From assembly GCA_965287045.1 (NCBI GenBank), contig OZ336872.1:120032001-120096000 (forward strand): DNA of 64,000 bases, written 5' to 3'. The stretch comes from Carcharhinus amblyrhynchos (lineage: Eukaryota). Positions within the stretch are counted from its first letter, which is position 1; each line of letters begins with the position of its first letter. Below the pieces are notes generated by a model. The model was not told the origin of the DNA, made no database searches, and saw only the letters and a program-made list of their open reading frames with translations. The position numbers and the translations under genes are program-made. This document shows, piece by piece, positions 12,156 to 24,025 of the stretch.

Positions 12156-12574
12156 TTTTATACTCATGTCAGATGTTTATGTTAAACTCGCCTCATAATA
12201 AATCCTATTGCATAATGTGCGAATGGAGGCATATCTTTTGTAACTATTATTTCACTGTACGAAAGCAAATGAAGCTTCGAAAGTAGTGAAGTAATATGAG
12301 AACTCTACATGGAGTAGGAATACATTTTATAAGCTTCAAAACCATGCAAGAATATGCTTTCCAAAGAACACAGAGGCCTAAGACATAAAAAAGAAACCTC
12401 AGTTCAGTCCCAGCATCCTTTCATCTATGAAAGATGATGGACCTGTAGCAAACTAATCCAGATGGTGGTTTCATATGGTGCACTTTGCTAATGACTGCAA
12501 GAGGCAGGTTCTGTCACAAGTGCAGCACATGAAGCTGTAAAGTATCATTGTGGGTTTTTTATTGACGATGTTAG

Positions 12575-13040
12575 TGTTTTTTTTAATTCAACTGTGGGAC
12601 ATGGGCTGTAAATGTTAGTGTGGCTGGCCAGCATTTATTTCTCATCTCTCGTTGCCCTTGAGAAGGTGGTGCTGAGCTGCCTTCTTGAATCACTGCAGTC
12701 CATTGCTGTGGGTTGACCCACAATTCTGTTAGGGAGGGAATTCTAGGATTTTCACTTAGTGAATATGAAGGAACGGCAATATATTTCCAAGTCAGGATAG
12801 TGACTGGCTTAGAAGGGAACTTGCAGCTGGTGTTCCCATGTACCTGCTGCCCTTGTCCTTCTAGATGGAAGTTGTCATGAGTTTGGAAGGTGGTGTCGAA
12901 GGATTTTCGGTGAATTGCAGCAGAGCATCTTGTAGATAGTGTATACTGATGCTACTGAGCGGCGGTGATGAAGGAAGTGGATGCTTGTGGATGTGGTGCC
13001 AATCAAGCGGGCTGCCTTGCCCTGGTTGGTTGCCAAGCAA
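12575..13040 (-). mobile_element. L2-like LINE 3' end (tail shared with SINE family 2)
   Basis: Minus strand GGACTGCAGTGATTCAAGAAGGCAGCTCAGCACCACCTTCTCAAGGGCAACGAGAGATGAGAAATAAATGCTGGCC; an ORF-like C-terminal region lies upstream. Clade assignment is inferred. Confidence 0.75.
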
Positions 13041-14149
13041 CTCTAGTAATTGTGGTGGTGCAAGCCAGACACACAAAAGATGTCACATCATAACATTCAC
13101 GGCTAAGGTGTTTCTAATGTGTCAGTGTGGACTTGATGGACCGAATGGCCTCTTCTGTGCTGTATCTTTTTATGATTCTATGATTTTCCTCTGTCATCAG
13201 TGTGTAAAATCTATGACATTGAGACAAATATAGAATTGTGGGTGCAAGGCATGATTCTATATTTAGTAAGATTGAAAATTGTATTTGTGCCTGCAAGATA
13301 TGAGGAAAAAGTTCTGCTTGACTTCAGCAATTAACCTTTCCTCTATTTTCAAATGTACAATGGTGATGTATCCCAACATCAGAGAATAATACTCGACTGC
13401 CCCTGACAAGATGCTGGCCTCAAAACAATGCGTGTTCAGTCAGAACGTTAATGGTCTCCATGCTACCACTGATGGGTCCAAAGTGCTCAGCCACAAGGAG
13501 GATATTACCATCATAAAGCCTAAGGCATTGTTTTCATGGAACTGCCAATAGGATGAATTCGATGTCAGATGATGCGTCCAGTGATTTTCTTGCAAGCTTT
13601 AGATACAACCTCTAACAACAAAGCAGAGAGCAAGAACTATCAAACAAAAGTGGAGCACTTGAAGGTTTTTAGGTGCAGTTAATGTTGCAAAAGTGTATCA
13701 TGATGCAAGACGCTGTGAGGCTAGAAGACACGCTATGAAAATAAAAAGAGTTGAGTGTGAACTTGCAAGAAGCGTAATCATGCAATAATGGTCCTGTCAT
13801 TCTTCTGTTGACTACAGTCTATAATCAATCCTGATCAAAAGGATTCTTGGAACTACTGTTAATGACCGAAAAATCGACTCATCTCCATCAAATTCTCGAG
13901 GATATTGTCAGGGCAAAGCGCTGTTCTAATTTGGCATCTAACCCAACAGAGTGTAGCTTGGATCCATCTGCACGGAACTTGCAGAGGGTTCTACACAAAG
14001 AGCTCTTGATGAAACGGCCTGACAGAAGAATGGGCTTCATTCTGTATCACTGAGCTAATGGTGCAGCAAGCAGCATGAACAGTATTTATGTCAAATTTCT
14101 AACAGCTGCTCTCGATGGAGGAGGATAGAGAAGTGATCTAATATACCAA

Positions 14150-15050
14150 TACCAGGAGCTGTTCCCTTGAAGCTGGGCTAAAAGATTCTGTACGAAGTGA
14201 GCATATCCTGAGTATTCCAGAGCACAACTGACTCCTGGTCAAGATGAATCACAAGTAAGCCTGTAAATTGATGAGGGATTTTGCTGGTAAAAGCTTATAA
14301 GTTGCTTTTTGTTGAGTAGGTTGTTGAGTTTCACATTAGATGCTTCGGAAACTGATTGAGTAATCAGAAAGAAACATTCTGGGTATTACTTTTATGAAGA
14401 ATGTGCAATATTGGGCTCAGGAAAAAACACATTGGTGCTACTTCCATCCACTTTCCGAAAGCATTTGGTCTAAAATCTGAAGTTTAGTTATTAGTTACAA
14501 GTAGGCTTACATTAACACCGCAATGATGTTACTGTGAAAATCCCCTAGTCGCCACGCTCTGGCACCTGTTCAGGTACACTGAAGGAGAATTTAGCATGGC
14601 CAATTTACCTAACTTGCACATCTTTGGAATGTAGGAGGAAACCAGAGCACCTGGGAGAAAGCCACACGAGGAGAATGTGCAAACTCCACACAGACAGTGA
14701 CCCAAGTTGGGAATTGAATCTGGGTCCTTGGAATGGTAAGGCAGCAGTGTTAGCCACTGTGCCATCAAGCCGCCCTATTACAGCTTACAACTGTACAAAT
14801 CCTATGAAGAAGCTCAAAACTATAGGCAAATATGGCCAAATAATTGATTTTGTCCAGGATGTGTACGCTAGCCTAAAGATTTCAGTCAACTTTGATTGGA
14901 CACTCACTGAGTGCATGGAGGAGAGATCAGATACAGCTGACCCTAATATCTATCCAATACAATGTTTTCACCAATGAGATGTTGAATATTATTGGAAGGG
15001 ATGGCCTCAGGATTAAACTGTTGTTGCAAACCTAGTACAGGGCTCCTTAA
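14150..15050 (+). mobile_element. Highly decayed non-LTR reverse transcriptase fossil (clade unclear), split by a V-SINE
   Basis: RKKHIGATSIHFPKAFG (14419-14469) resembles the F(I/L)DF.KAFD motif. After the SINE, MKKLKTIGKYGQIIDFVQDVYASLKISVNFDWTLTE..DP..YNVFTNEM resembles the segment before QG.PLSP.LFN. Confidence 0.6.
14481..14775 (-). mobile_element. V-SINE with alternative tail B
   Basis: V-core plus tail GTGGCGACTAGGGGATTTTCACAGTAAC..GTGTTAATGTAAGCCTACTTGT. Confidence 0.93.
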
Positions 15051-15400
15051 ATGCATTTCTGTAATGATCGTACCCCAGCAGCCCAGAAGGCCATTTGATA
15101 TTAGAAGTTAATGACTGACATGAGCAATGGGACATGTCATTGACTACTAAACAAAGGGTCAGTTTTAAAAATAGGCCCAATAATCCACATTATTGTGGGC
15201 AGAGGCCTGATACGTACAATACACCCAATGCACCTAATGCATCCAAATGCAACTAGCCAATGGAATATTCAGTATGTCTTCCCTCTTCCATCCAACAAAA
15301 ATGTCAAATAAAGACCTGATCACAATGTAACTGGAACACTTCAGCATTGCACCACTGTACCCAATTGGCCTTGAAGAGGAGACCTAAAAAAACGCCCCTA

Positions 15401-15686
15401 AGATAAAAGCAAAATACTAGGGTTGCTGGAATTTGAAACAAAAACAGAAAATGCTGGAAAATCTCAGCAGGTCTGACAGCATCTGTGGAGGGAGGATAGA
15501 GCTGACGTTTCGAGTCTGGATGACCTTTCATCAGAGCTTTTTTTGTCAAGTGGTATCATCAAAACAGATACGGCAAAGGTGAAGGTACTAAGGGAATGAG
15601 ATGGAGTCCATTCTGACTGGAAACTCTGGTTCCATTCTCTCTCCACAGATGCTGTCAGAACTGCTGAGATTTTCCAGCATTTTGCT
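15401..15686. mobile_element. Inverted pair of Penelope-like terminal repeats (family A; 15401-15540 minus, 15611-15686 plus)
   Basis: AAAATGCTGGAAAATCTCAGCAGGTCTGACAGCATCTGTGGAG and its near reverse complement ~150-200 bp downstream. Confidence 0.8.
15500..15538 (-). ncRNA. Minimal (type I-like) hammerhead ribozyme motif
   Basis: Minus strand: AGCT CTGATGA A AGGTC ATCCA GACTC GAAAC GTC AGCT. This gives the core CUGAUGA/GAAA, stem II GGUC/GACU, a GUC cleavage triplet and stem I AGCU/AGCU. Activity is untested. Confidence 0.75.
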
Positions 15687-16148
15687 AAAAAAATCACATT
15701 GCCTCGTCTCCCACACCATCCTTGAGGTCCCTACTATTTCTGTCACCCCCTCACCTCGATATACTATTTAGGGCTGATTTCCCACACCAAACTATCCCAT
15801 AGTTTCTCTGTGGGGAAGCCAGTGGCACTTAATCTGCTGCTGGTGCCTAGAAGTTTGGTTCTCACCATCCCCAGATAATAGCACGTCAGTTATATAAATG
15901 AGAGATAGGTTAGCTCAGATTATCTGAATATCTATAAAGCACAATGGGAACTGACTTAGCAGCACTATAATTAACTGCAAAGGCATTTTGTTCTCAAAAC
16001 CAAACCTGACCAGGAAGCAAGCAGGATGCTTTATGGATAGAAATCTGGGATAACAAGTCTCCACTTCTCTTTCTAATCAGTCACACCCACTTCATGCCCA
16101 TTATTTGGGCAGAACTGATCAAAACTCTCCACTATGTGAAGGGATCAT

Positions 16149-16500
16149 GGGGAGGCGATAGCCAAGTGGTATTACCGCTTGTCAATTAATCCAGAAACTC
16201 AGCTAATATTCTGGAGACTTGCGTTCAAATCCCATCATGGCAGATGGTGGAGTTTGAATTCAATTTAATAAAATCTGGAATTAAGAATCTACTGGTGACC
16301 ATGAAACCATTGCTGGAAAAACCTATCTGGTTCACAAATGTTCTTTAGGGAAGGAAATCTGCCATTTTTGCCTGGTTTGGCCTACATGTGACTCCAGATC
16401 AACGTGATTGATTCTCAACTGCCCTCTGAAATGTAGGACAGCTCGGGTTGGACGATAAGTGCTGGCCAGCAGGTGATACCCATGTCCCGTGAATGAATTT
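16149..16500 (+). mobile_element. tRNA-derived SINE family 2 (L2-like tail)
   Basis: GGGGAGGCGATAGCCAAGTGG A-box, GTTCAAATCC B-box, tail ATAAGTGCTGGCCAGC..CATGTCCCGTGAATGAAT. Confidence 0.9.
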
Positions 16501-17614
16501 TTAGAAATCTGCATTGGAGTGACCTAACATGTCTACATCCATTATACTTGTGTTAATTATTATTGTATGTACTGGTTGTGGCATCCCACTCAAGCTTATA
16601 ATCCTTTGAGCTCACAGAATTACCTTTTCCCAGAAAGAGAATGCTTTTAAGCAGCAGCCTAGATAGGTAGGGGAAAGATTAAGCACCGTGAATTACAAAT
16701 GTCAACTCTTCATAGATTGATCTGCTCCAGTTCCATCTGAAAAATCTTCATAATAGAATCACAAAGAGATGGTGAGGATAATAATTCAGTGATTGTAAAT
16801 GCCCAGGTACTTTAGGAATCTTATGCATAACCATCCTCTACAAAGACATGCTGCGCTATCAATGAATGTTCAGTGCTCTCCTTTTATCAGTTGCTTTTCA
16901 ACCCATGAAAGAATGATCCTAAACAAGACAGTTGTGTCTTCTGACAGATACCCTTACCACTAAACTGTATTGATTTTTGCTAATTTTTCTATTCAGGAGT
17001 TCCTGGCTAGTCTTTGCACTGTATTCTAGCTTGGCGCACACACAGCAACGATAAAAGGTTTTACAATGAAAAAGAGAATTAATAAGGTGAGTGCAAAGAG
17101 CTTCTTGGAACAAAACCAGAACAGAACAAGGCAACTGAAGAATGTAATGACAAAGAATTCGCAAACACTTTTGTTTTGTCCTCCAGCTCTGGATCATCAG
17201 ATCAATAGTCACTGAGGACATAAATGTATGGATATTTTTAGAACAAGGGACAAAGAAGGCCATTTTCCATTGGGTCTCACTGGTTTCAGCCACTCTTATT
17301 GGGATCAATGAATGCTCTGATCTGATATTCTGTAGATTATCATCCAGCTCTTAGTTTGTTAGATATTTAGTGGTGAAATGGGAGTGGGAACTGAAGATGG
17401 CGGGTATCAAATTTCCCAACACTAGCAATCATGCCAGTTTCCTGAAATTGTTCTGATGGTCAGTGCTTTTTGCTGATGAGATGGGACGGTGGGAACTGGC
17501 AGCCTCTCTGACTCAAGAGATACCCAACTAAGCCAGTGAGGCTCGCAGAACGGAGTTCCCCATTGGCCTTGGGTGTGAACTTACGAGCCAGTAAAATCAG
17601 GGCTTATACATCTC

Positions 17615-17900
17615 TATAAAGCCCAGGACCCCACATGCCTTAACAACTGCTTTCTCAACCTAGCCTGCCACCTTCAATGATTTCTGCATGCATACTCCTA
17701 GGTCCCTGAGCTCATGCATCCCATTTAGAAGTACATCTTTTCCTTTATATCTTCTCTCCTTGTTCTGTTTCTCATTTTTCTGCATTAAATTTCATCCACC
17801 ACATGTCTGCCTATTCCACCCAGCCTGACTATGTTCTTTTGAGCTCAATCTCAATCCTCCTCACAGTTCACAATAATTACAAGTTATGTGCAGTCTGTAA
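17615..17900 (-). mobile_element. Old CR1 ORF2 fragment
   Basis: Minus strand resembles W.MKFNAEK.E..RDLG..V..SLKVA..VEK.VK.A.G.LGFI. Confidence 0.65.
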
Positions 17901-18127
17901 CTTTGCTGTGTTGCCTTCTCCAACTCTCTGAGGCTTCTGCACTCCAATTCTGCATAGTGTTGATATGAATCATTCCTTTGCACGGTGAGTGTCCTTTCCC
18001 TGCCTTCATCCTAAATTCAAGTATTCCCTCCCTAAACGTTTCCTCCTCTCTCCTCCTCTATTAAGATGCTCCTGAAAACATGATCAGGAGCAGGAAAATT
18101 TTGGTCATCTTTCTTGACCACTTCTGG

Positions 18128-18325
18128 CGTGTAGTAAGGGCATGGGATGCCCTGCCTGCAGCAGTTATGGACTCGCCAACTTTAAGGGCGTTCAAATGGT
18201 CATTGGATAGGCATATGGATAATATTGGAATAGTTTAGGTTAGAGGGTCATTAGGTTGGTTCCACTGGTCAGCGCAACATCGAGGGCTGAAGGGCCTGCA
18301 CTGCGCTGTAATGTTCTATGTTCCT
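18128..18325 (+). mobile_element. CR1 3' end (same subfamily as 45531-46280)
   Basis: GTAGTAAGGGCATGGGATGCCCTGCCTGCAGC..CTGGTCAGCGCAACATCG..GAAGGGCCTG..CTGCGCTGTAATGTTCTATGTT. Confidence 0.9.
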
Positions 18326-18367
18326 GTAGCTTGGTGGCAGAAAATGTCAAAGATGTTTATCCCACTT

Positions 18368-18465
18368 TCATTATACATATTATATATTATAATTACATAT
18401 AATATAATTATGTGCATATAACATTATATATTGTATACATGTATCATCTATATTATACATCATAC
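18368..18465. repeat. AT-rich low-complexity tract
   Basis: Degenerate TATA/CATAT iterations. Confidence 0.7.
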
Positions 18466-18716
18466 ATTGGGATGTCTCAATGAATTAAATGCACCATATA
18501 AAGGTAAGATGTTTTTGCTTTTAAATCTTTGTGGCCAGCTTCACACTCGCGTATCCTTGGCTAGTTTTGTATTTAGTCTTATTGCTGCTTTGTTCCATTT
18601 TACTTGGGGAGAAATGAGTGTCCCATGAGTTGAGCTGCATGCTTTCCATTAGCCCGTTAGCTTGTACAGAACTCAACAGGTTTCCTGCTGTTTTGCTGTG
18701 ATTTTAGGAGACATTT

Positions 18717-18878
18717 GGGGCGACATTGGTTTTGGGCAATTGTACAAAATAGGCAGTCGCGGATCGCAGCTGCTTCATACCATTAAAGTCAATGGAAAAT
18801 TACCTCAGCCAGAGTGTAAAATGGGCAGTTAATTAGCTATTGCCCACTTCATGCTGGTGCCCAAGACCAATTTTATCT
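18717..18878. mobile_element. MITE-like element
   Basis: Subterminal inverted repeat ATTGGTTTTGGGCA ... TGCCCAAGACCAAT; interior GTAAAATGGGC..GCCCACTT resembles 6525-6628. Confidence 0.55.
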
Positions 18879-19007
18879 TCAATGAGGAATTTCATGGTGT
18901 CTCCTTGATTTTGTAGAACTCCTAAAAAGTGCAGCTTGTGAAGCATATAGGTAGATAGTTCCTGGCACAGGAATCTGCATCTGACTTTACGAAATCTTGC
19001 TTCTAGA

Positions 19008-19335
19008 TGGGTGGCATAGTGGCACAATGGTTAGCACTGCTACTTCACAGCGCCAGGGACCTGAGTTCAATTCAGGCCTCGGGTCACTGTCTGCCTGGAG
19101 TTCGCATGTTCTCCCCATGTCCGTGTGAGTATCCTTCGGATGCTCCGGTTTCTTCCCAAAGTTGTGTGGGTTAGGTTGATTGGCCATGATAAATTGTCCC
19201 TCATGATAAATTGTCAGGGAGATTAACAGAGTAAATATGTGGACTTACTGGGATAGGGCCTGGATGAGATTGTTGCTGGTGCAGATTTGATGGGCTGAAT
19301 GGCCTCCTTCTGCACTGTAGGGATTCTATGATCTA
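19008..19335 (+). mobile_element. HE1-like V-SINE, tail A
   Basis: Full head, core and CTTCTGCACTGTAGGGATTCTATG tail. Confidence 0.95.
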
Positions 19336-20227
19336 TTTTATGATCCTATGATACATGTTGGCAGACTGCCAGCGTGTAGTGGCAAGATTTCGTAAAGTCA
19401 CATGCAGAGCCTCGTACTCACTCTCAGGAACAGTCCATGCCTTCTGATGTGGATCTATTAGAAGTACAATATTAATATATCTAATAGTCCAAAGCCATGT
19501 TTGTTGATCAATAAAGGGTGTTTACTTCAGATAACTGAGTTTAAAATGTCAATATCAATTCAATATGTGGGAGGTATATGCAAGAATTGCTGGTGCAGGA
19601 GGAACTCTGAGCGGAGAAACATATCAATCCTCCCTCACACATATTGATGTTTGTGCATTTAGTGATTTGAGTGCTACGGAACTGTGGAAATGGCCGATGA
19701 AGACCACAAAGCTGTTATAATGGAAGGAATTAAACAGGTTGCAATGTTGAGCTGATAGCTACAGCAGTTGCATGGTTCAGTAAATGGAATTCATAATCTT
19801 CTGAGTTCTACAATCTCCCGTTTGTTAACAATATGAGCTCCCCATTCCCTCATGATCCTTGCATTGTCTCATACTGCAATGATCTCTCAAACTCCCTCCT
19901 CTCATCCTGTTATGCGTTTTGCTCTTTTCCACTGCTCTGAAATGATTCCCTCAAGAGTCCTTTGTGCCCATTACATGTATTTTGGAAATTATTTCTCAGG
20001 GTCGCTTTATGAACCTTGTGCTTTCCACTTACAGGCAGTGGAGTCTGACTGTTTTCAAGAACTGAATATGCCCTCCAATATGCTGGAATGGTTTGAGAGA
20101 AAATACAAGGAAGCAGTGGAAACAAAAATAATTATTTGTGGATCTTTAAGAGTCAAAAAGATTATTTCAAGGTTTAAAGCGTCTGATGTATAACATCTGA
20201 TAAAATTCTTTGCTCTAAATTTTCAGT

Positions 20228-20530
20228 TTAAGTTTTTTTACGATTGTCAGAAGTAGGCTTAATTACCACTGCAATGAAGTTACTGTGAAAATCCCGTAGT
20301 CGCCACATTCCGGCACCTATTCAGGTACACTGAAGGAGAATTTAGTATGGGCAATGCACCTAACAAGCACCTCTTTCGGACTGTGGGAGGAAACCAGAGC
20401 AGCCAGGGGAAACCCACACACAGATACGGGGAGAACATACAGACACTGCACAGACAGTGACCCAAGCTAGGAATCGAAACCGGGTTCCTGATACTGTGAG
20501 TCAACAGTGTTAAACATTGTGCCACCATGC
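20228..20530 (-). mobile_element. V-SINE, tail B
   Basis: Reverse complement of head, core and tail B. Confidence 0.93.
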
Positions 20531-20581
20531 TCAAGATGATGTAGAAACCAATAAAGACTTATATCCCATCAATGTTTATAT

Positions 20582-20890
20582 GGGTGGCACGGTGGCACTG
20601 CTGCCTCACAATGCCAGGGACCCGGGTTCAATTCCCAGTTTGGGTCATTGTCTGTGTGGAGTCTGCACATTCTCCCCCTGTTTGCATGGGTTTCCTCCGG
20701 GTTCTCCGGTTTCCTCCCACAGTCTAAAAATGTGCGGATAAGGTGGATTGGCCATGCTAAATTGCCTCTTAGTATAAGGGGGACTAGTAGGGTAAATATA
20801 TGGGGTTGTGAGGATGGGGCCTGGGTGGGATTGTGGTCAGTGCAGGCTCAATGGGCCAAATGGCCTTCTTCTGCACTGTAGGATTCTGTA
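20582..20890 (+). mobile_element. HE1-like V-SINE, tail A
   Basis: Full copy, head-to-head with the previous SINE. Confidence 0.95.
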
Positions 20891-21896
20891 TGTATAGTCA
20901 TGGTAGCTTTAGAATGGGCAAATATAATTCTATTTTTGAAAGGATATTTTAATTTTTAAAACTCCAATATTGTAATGTTTGGGTTAAAAAGTGGAATTTC
21001 ACCGAAGAAGTTATCTGTTATTGTTTAACTCATGTCGGCCTCAATAAAAATATGGCAGATAATAATCTCAACAAGACAAGGGCTGGAAAATTTAAAATGT
21101 TCTTTCTTCCTGGATGAAGAAACAACACCACCTCTGGAAAGGTAAATCCCTCCTCACGCTTTAAAGGTCAAAAGCCCTGATCCGTGAACCCAATAGCATT
21201 GATGTGACGTTTACACGAAATATAATAACAGGGTTTATTTACAAGAAACTGTCCTCTATTAATAGAAAATGAATGCAGATTTGAATGATTTATTCATACA
21301 CTGCAGTGTAACCTAGAGTCACACTGAGGGAACGGAAAGCAACTCTCTCGTGCTCATTCTTTCCAAACTGGCATTGTGGTCTTTAATTAAAGTGACAAGC
21401 ATTCGGACGTATCAATCGGATTAGAAATAATAGCCATCGCTGAGGATTGCGTAATCACCTACATCAGCACTGGAGTTCTAACTGTCGGGTAGAGTGTGGG
21501 TGGCTTGTTACTGGATCAACAGAGCTGTCTGTGGTACTTGAGCCAGCTGTACTGCCATATGGATCTGGAGCAAATGATTGTCTGAGGGGTGTGCTCACTA
21601 CTCTGCCATGCCAGCCTCAGCACAAGTGTAAAACAGTGTTGGGGTAACACACTTAACAGAAAGAAAACGCACGAATGTTGCGGCGCATCATTTCCTGCCT
21701 CTCTGTGCAGGGAAGTGAGAGGAATCTGAAGAATAACAAGGAGAAGACAGATAGAAAGACAGGGAACAAATGCAGGGCAGCCGCATAAAGACAAGTCTTC
21801 ATATCCCTTTTATTGTAACAAATGCATCACTGCATTTCCTCGACACAGTGCTGACAATAATATTTTACGCCGTTAAGGCTCAAGATGCACCCTCAA

Positions 21897-22018
21897 GGGT
21901 GGAATTTTTCCATCCCATGGGAACAGTAGCGGGCAGGACACGGACCATGCCGAGGTCCATTGACCTTGGGTGGGATTTTCTGGCCTCCGGGGGCAAGGGC
22001 AGCCGGAAAATCCCGCCT
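21897..22018. mobile_element. ~120-bp PIF/Harbinger-like MITE
   Basis: GGGTGGAATTTTTCC ... GGAAAATCCCGCC with an internal GGGTGGGATTTTC; same family as 42031-42157. Confidence 0.75.
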
Positions 22019-23419
22019 CGTGTCTCCAAACGTCCCCGTGTTCTCTATCCGCAGAGCCGAGAGAATTCATGTTGTTCTAAAGTCAGCAAGAAGGCACATG
22101 ATAATTATTATTACAACACTGAGCATCAGACTGATTGTGGCAGAAGTCCCCAGGCAAAACAAAATGCGAGAGGCTGCCAACTGTTTTCTCCATTTAAAAT
22201 GCGTACAGTAAATTAAGTCGAATGGTTTCAGCTATGCTGAAAGTTGTCCCACTTAGATTCTGAATGATTGTCCAGGGAACTTTGGGGGCAGGTGGGAGGG
22301 TGGAGGTGGGGGGAAGAACATTTCGATTGCAGGACTAATGAAGGACTGTAGCTCATTTCACTTTGCGGCAGCTTACAATTGAAATACTAAGCCTGCTTTA
22401 AATAGTTTTCATCTTGCTGAGAGCTTAGACTGAGGGGTTTTTTTTTAATCTGGTGTAATTTATGTCGAGGTGGGGGTGGCGCTGTCAGAACAAAAAAAAC
22501 GAGGCAGTTTCTAAAATTATTTCCAGTATTGTTTCACGGCACAGAGATTGGGCTGATGGATCTGCAAATTCGACGCCCTGCACTTAAAGATATTTCACAG
22601 CCGTTTGACGGTGTGAATGTGAGTCATTGCCAAGCGGGGAAGATTTATCTCCTCTCTCCCCCCTCCCCACCCAAAACATTTCAGTGTTATCATTGGGAAT
22701 TTGCTTCCTTTTTTTTAACCAGAAGTGGCAATAATTTATTGTTTGACCCAACAAGCAGAAACAAAAGGGTCTCTGCCGCATATCACTGAAAACCAAGTCG
22801 ACTAGACATGGCGAACTATCAGATCAAGGCAAAAGTTAATCCTTTTGTGCTTCCATCTTGGCAACTATCCAAAGATTTACATGTTAGCTGAGGGTTAGTG
22901 CTGAACACATCAGAGATATTACAATCTGTCCCATCAACCCCGAGTCTCTTAATTCTCCAATTTGAGATCTACAACGTAATGACACAGATGTAACAATCCT
23001 TTTCTTTTTGCAAATTGATTGTTGTAGGCAGCATTGGATTACCCACAGAATGATTCATGGTTGAGATATTATCATTCTTTTCCTGGCTCAATTTTGGGTC
23101 AATTTAATCACTTCCAGTTCAACCAGCTAGAAATGTACAGACTGATTTGATTATTTGCTCTTCCATTCTTCCAACGCTGAAGTAAAAATGTGAACAGTTC
23201 TGAAATAAATATTCTTGGAGTGACTGAGGCTGCACAATATTTCATCTCCCTCTCAAAGCTCAGTATGTTCAAAGAGATGATATTGCCAGCGAAGTCTCTA
23301 ATGGGAAGAATCTATTGCTAGGCGACATGATAATTTTATGTATACGGGTTATATTAAGAGGAATCTCATGAAACAAAATAATCAGTGTAAATGCATAATC
23401 TAAGATAGACCTGCAATCT

Positions 23420-23736
23420 ACTGCCTCAGGAAAGCAGCCAGCATAGCCAAGGACCCCACGCACCCCGGATATACTTTATTCCACCTTCTTCCAACGGAAA
23501 AATGATACAAAAGTCTGAGGTAACGTACCAACTGACTCAAGAACAGCTTCTTTAGACTTTTGAATGGACCTACCTCATATTAAGTTGACCTTTCTCTACA
23601 CCTAACTGTGATTGTAAAAGTACATTCTTCACTCTCATTTCCTTCTCTAGGAACAGTATGCTTTGTCTGCATAGCGCACAAGAAAAATTACTTTTCACTG
23701 TATGCTAATATATACGACAATGATAAATCAAATTAA
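23420..23736 (+). mobile_element. Rex1/Babar 3' end (left arm of near-perfect inverted pair)
   Basis: About 98% identical to the reverse complement of 24519-24835 by manual comparison. Confidence 0.92.
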
Positions 23737-23737
23737 T

Positions 23738-24025
23738 TGGTTAGCACTGCTGCCTCACAGCGTGGAGGACCTGGATTTAATTCCTACCTTGGGTCTCTGT
23801 TCTGCGGAGTCTACACATTCTCCCTGTGTCTGCGTGGGTTTCCTCCAGGTATTTTGGTTTCCTCCCACAGAACGGAAGATATGCTGGTTATGTGCATTGG
23901 CCATGCTAAATCCTCCTTTAGTGTATCTGAACAACAGGCACTGGAGTGTGGCAACTAGGGGATTTTCACAGTAACTTCACTGCAGTGTTAATGTAAGCCT
24001 ACTTGTCACACTAATAAATAAACTT
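23738..24025 (+). mobile_element. V-SINE, tail B, slightly 5'-truncated
   Basis: Core plus tail B ending CACTAATAAATAAACTT. Confidence 0.93.

Noticed and set aside
12455-12560. Peptide snippets GGFIWC and AAHEAVKYHCG reminiscent of isocitrate dehydrogenase
   Set aside because: Short, in different frames, in the wrong order for IDH and without splice support; likely chance.
16919-17308. 129-aa minus-strand ORF (also 5976-6380, 19852-20193, 21770-22216, 36038-36454) as host genes
   Set aside because: No recognisable domain, composition typical of non-coding frames, some run through repeats, and no convincing paired splice sites.
20228-20890. Head-to-head V-SINE pair as a single composite or converted element
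   Set aside because: Different tails and ordinary divergence between the copies; consistent with independent insertions.
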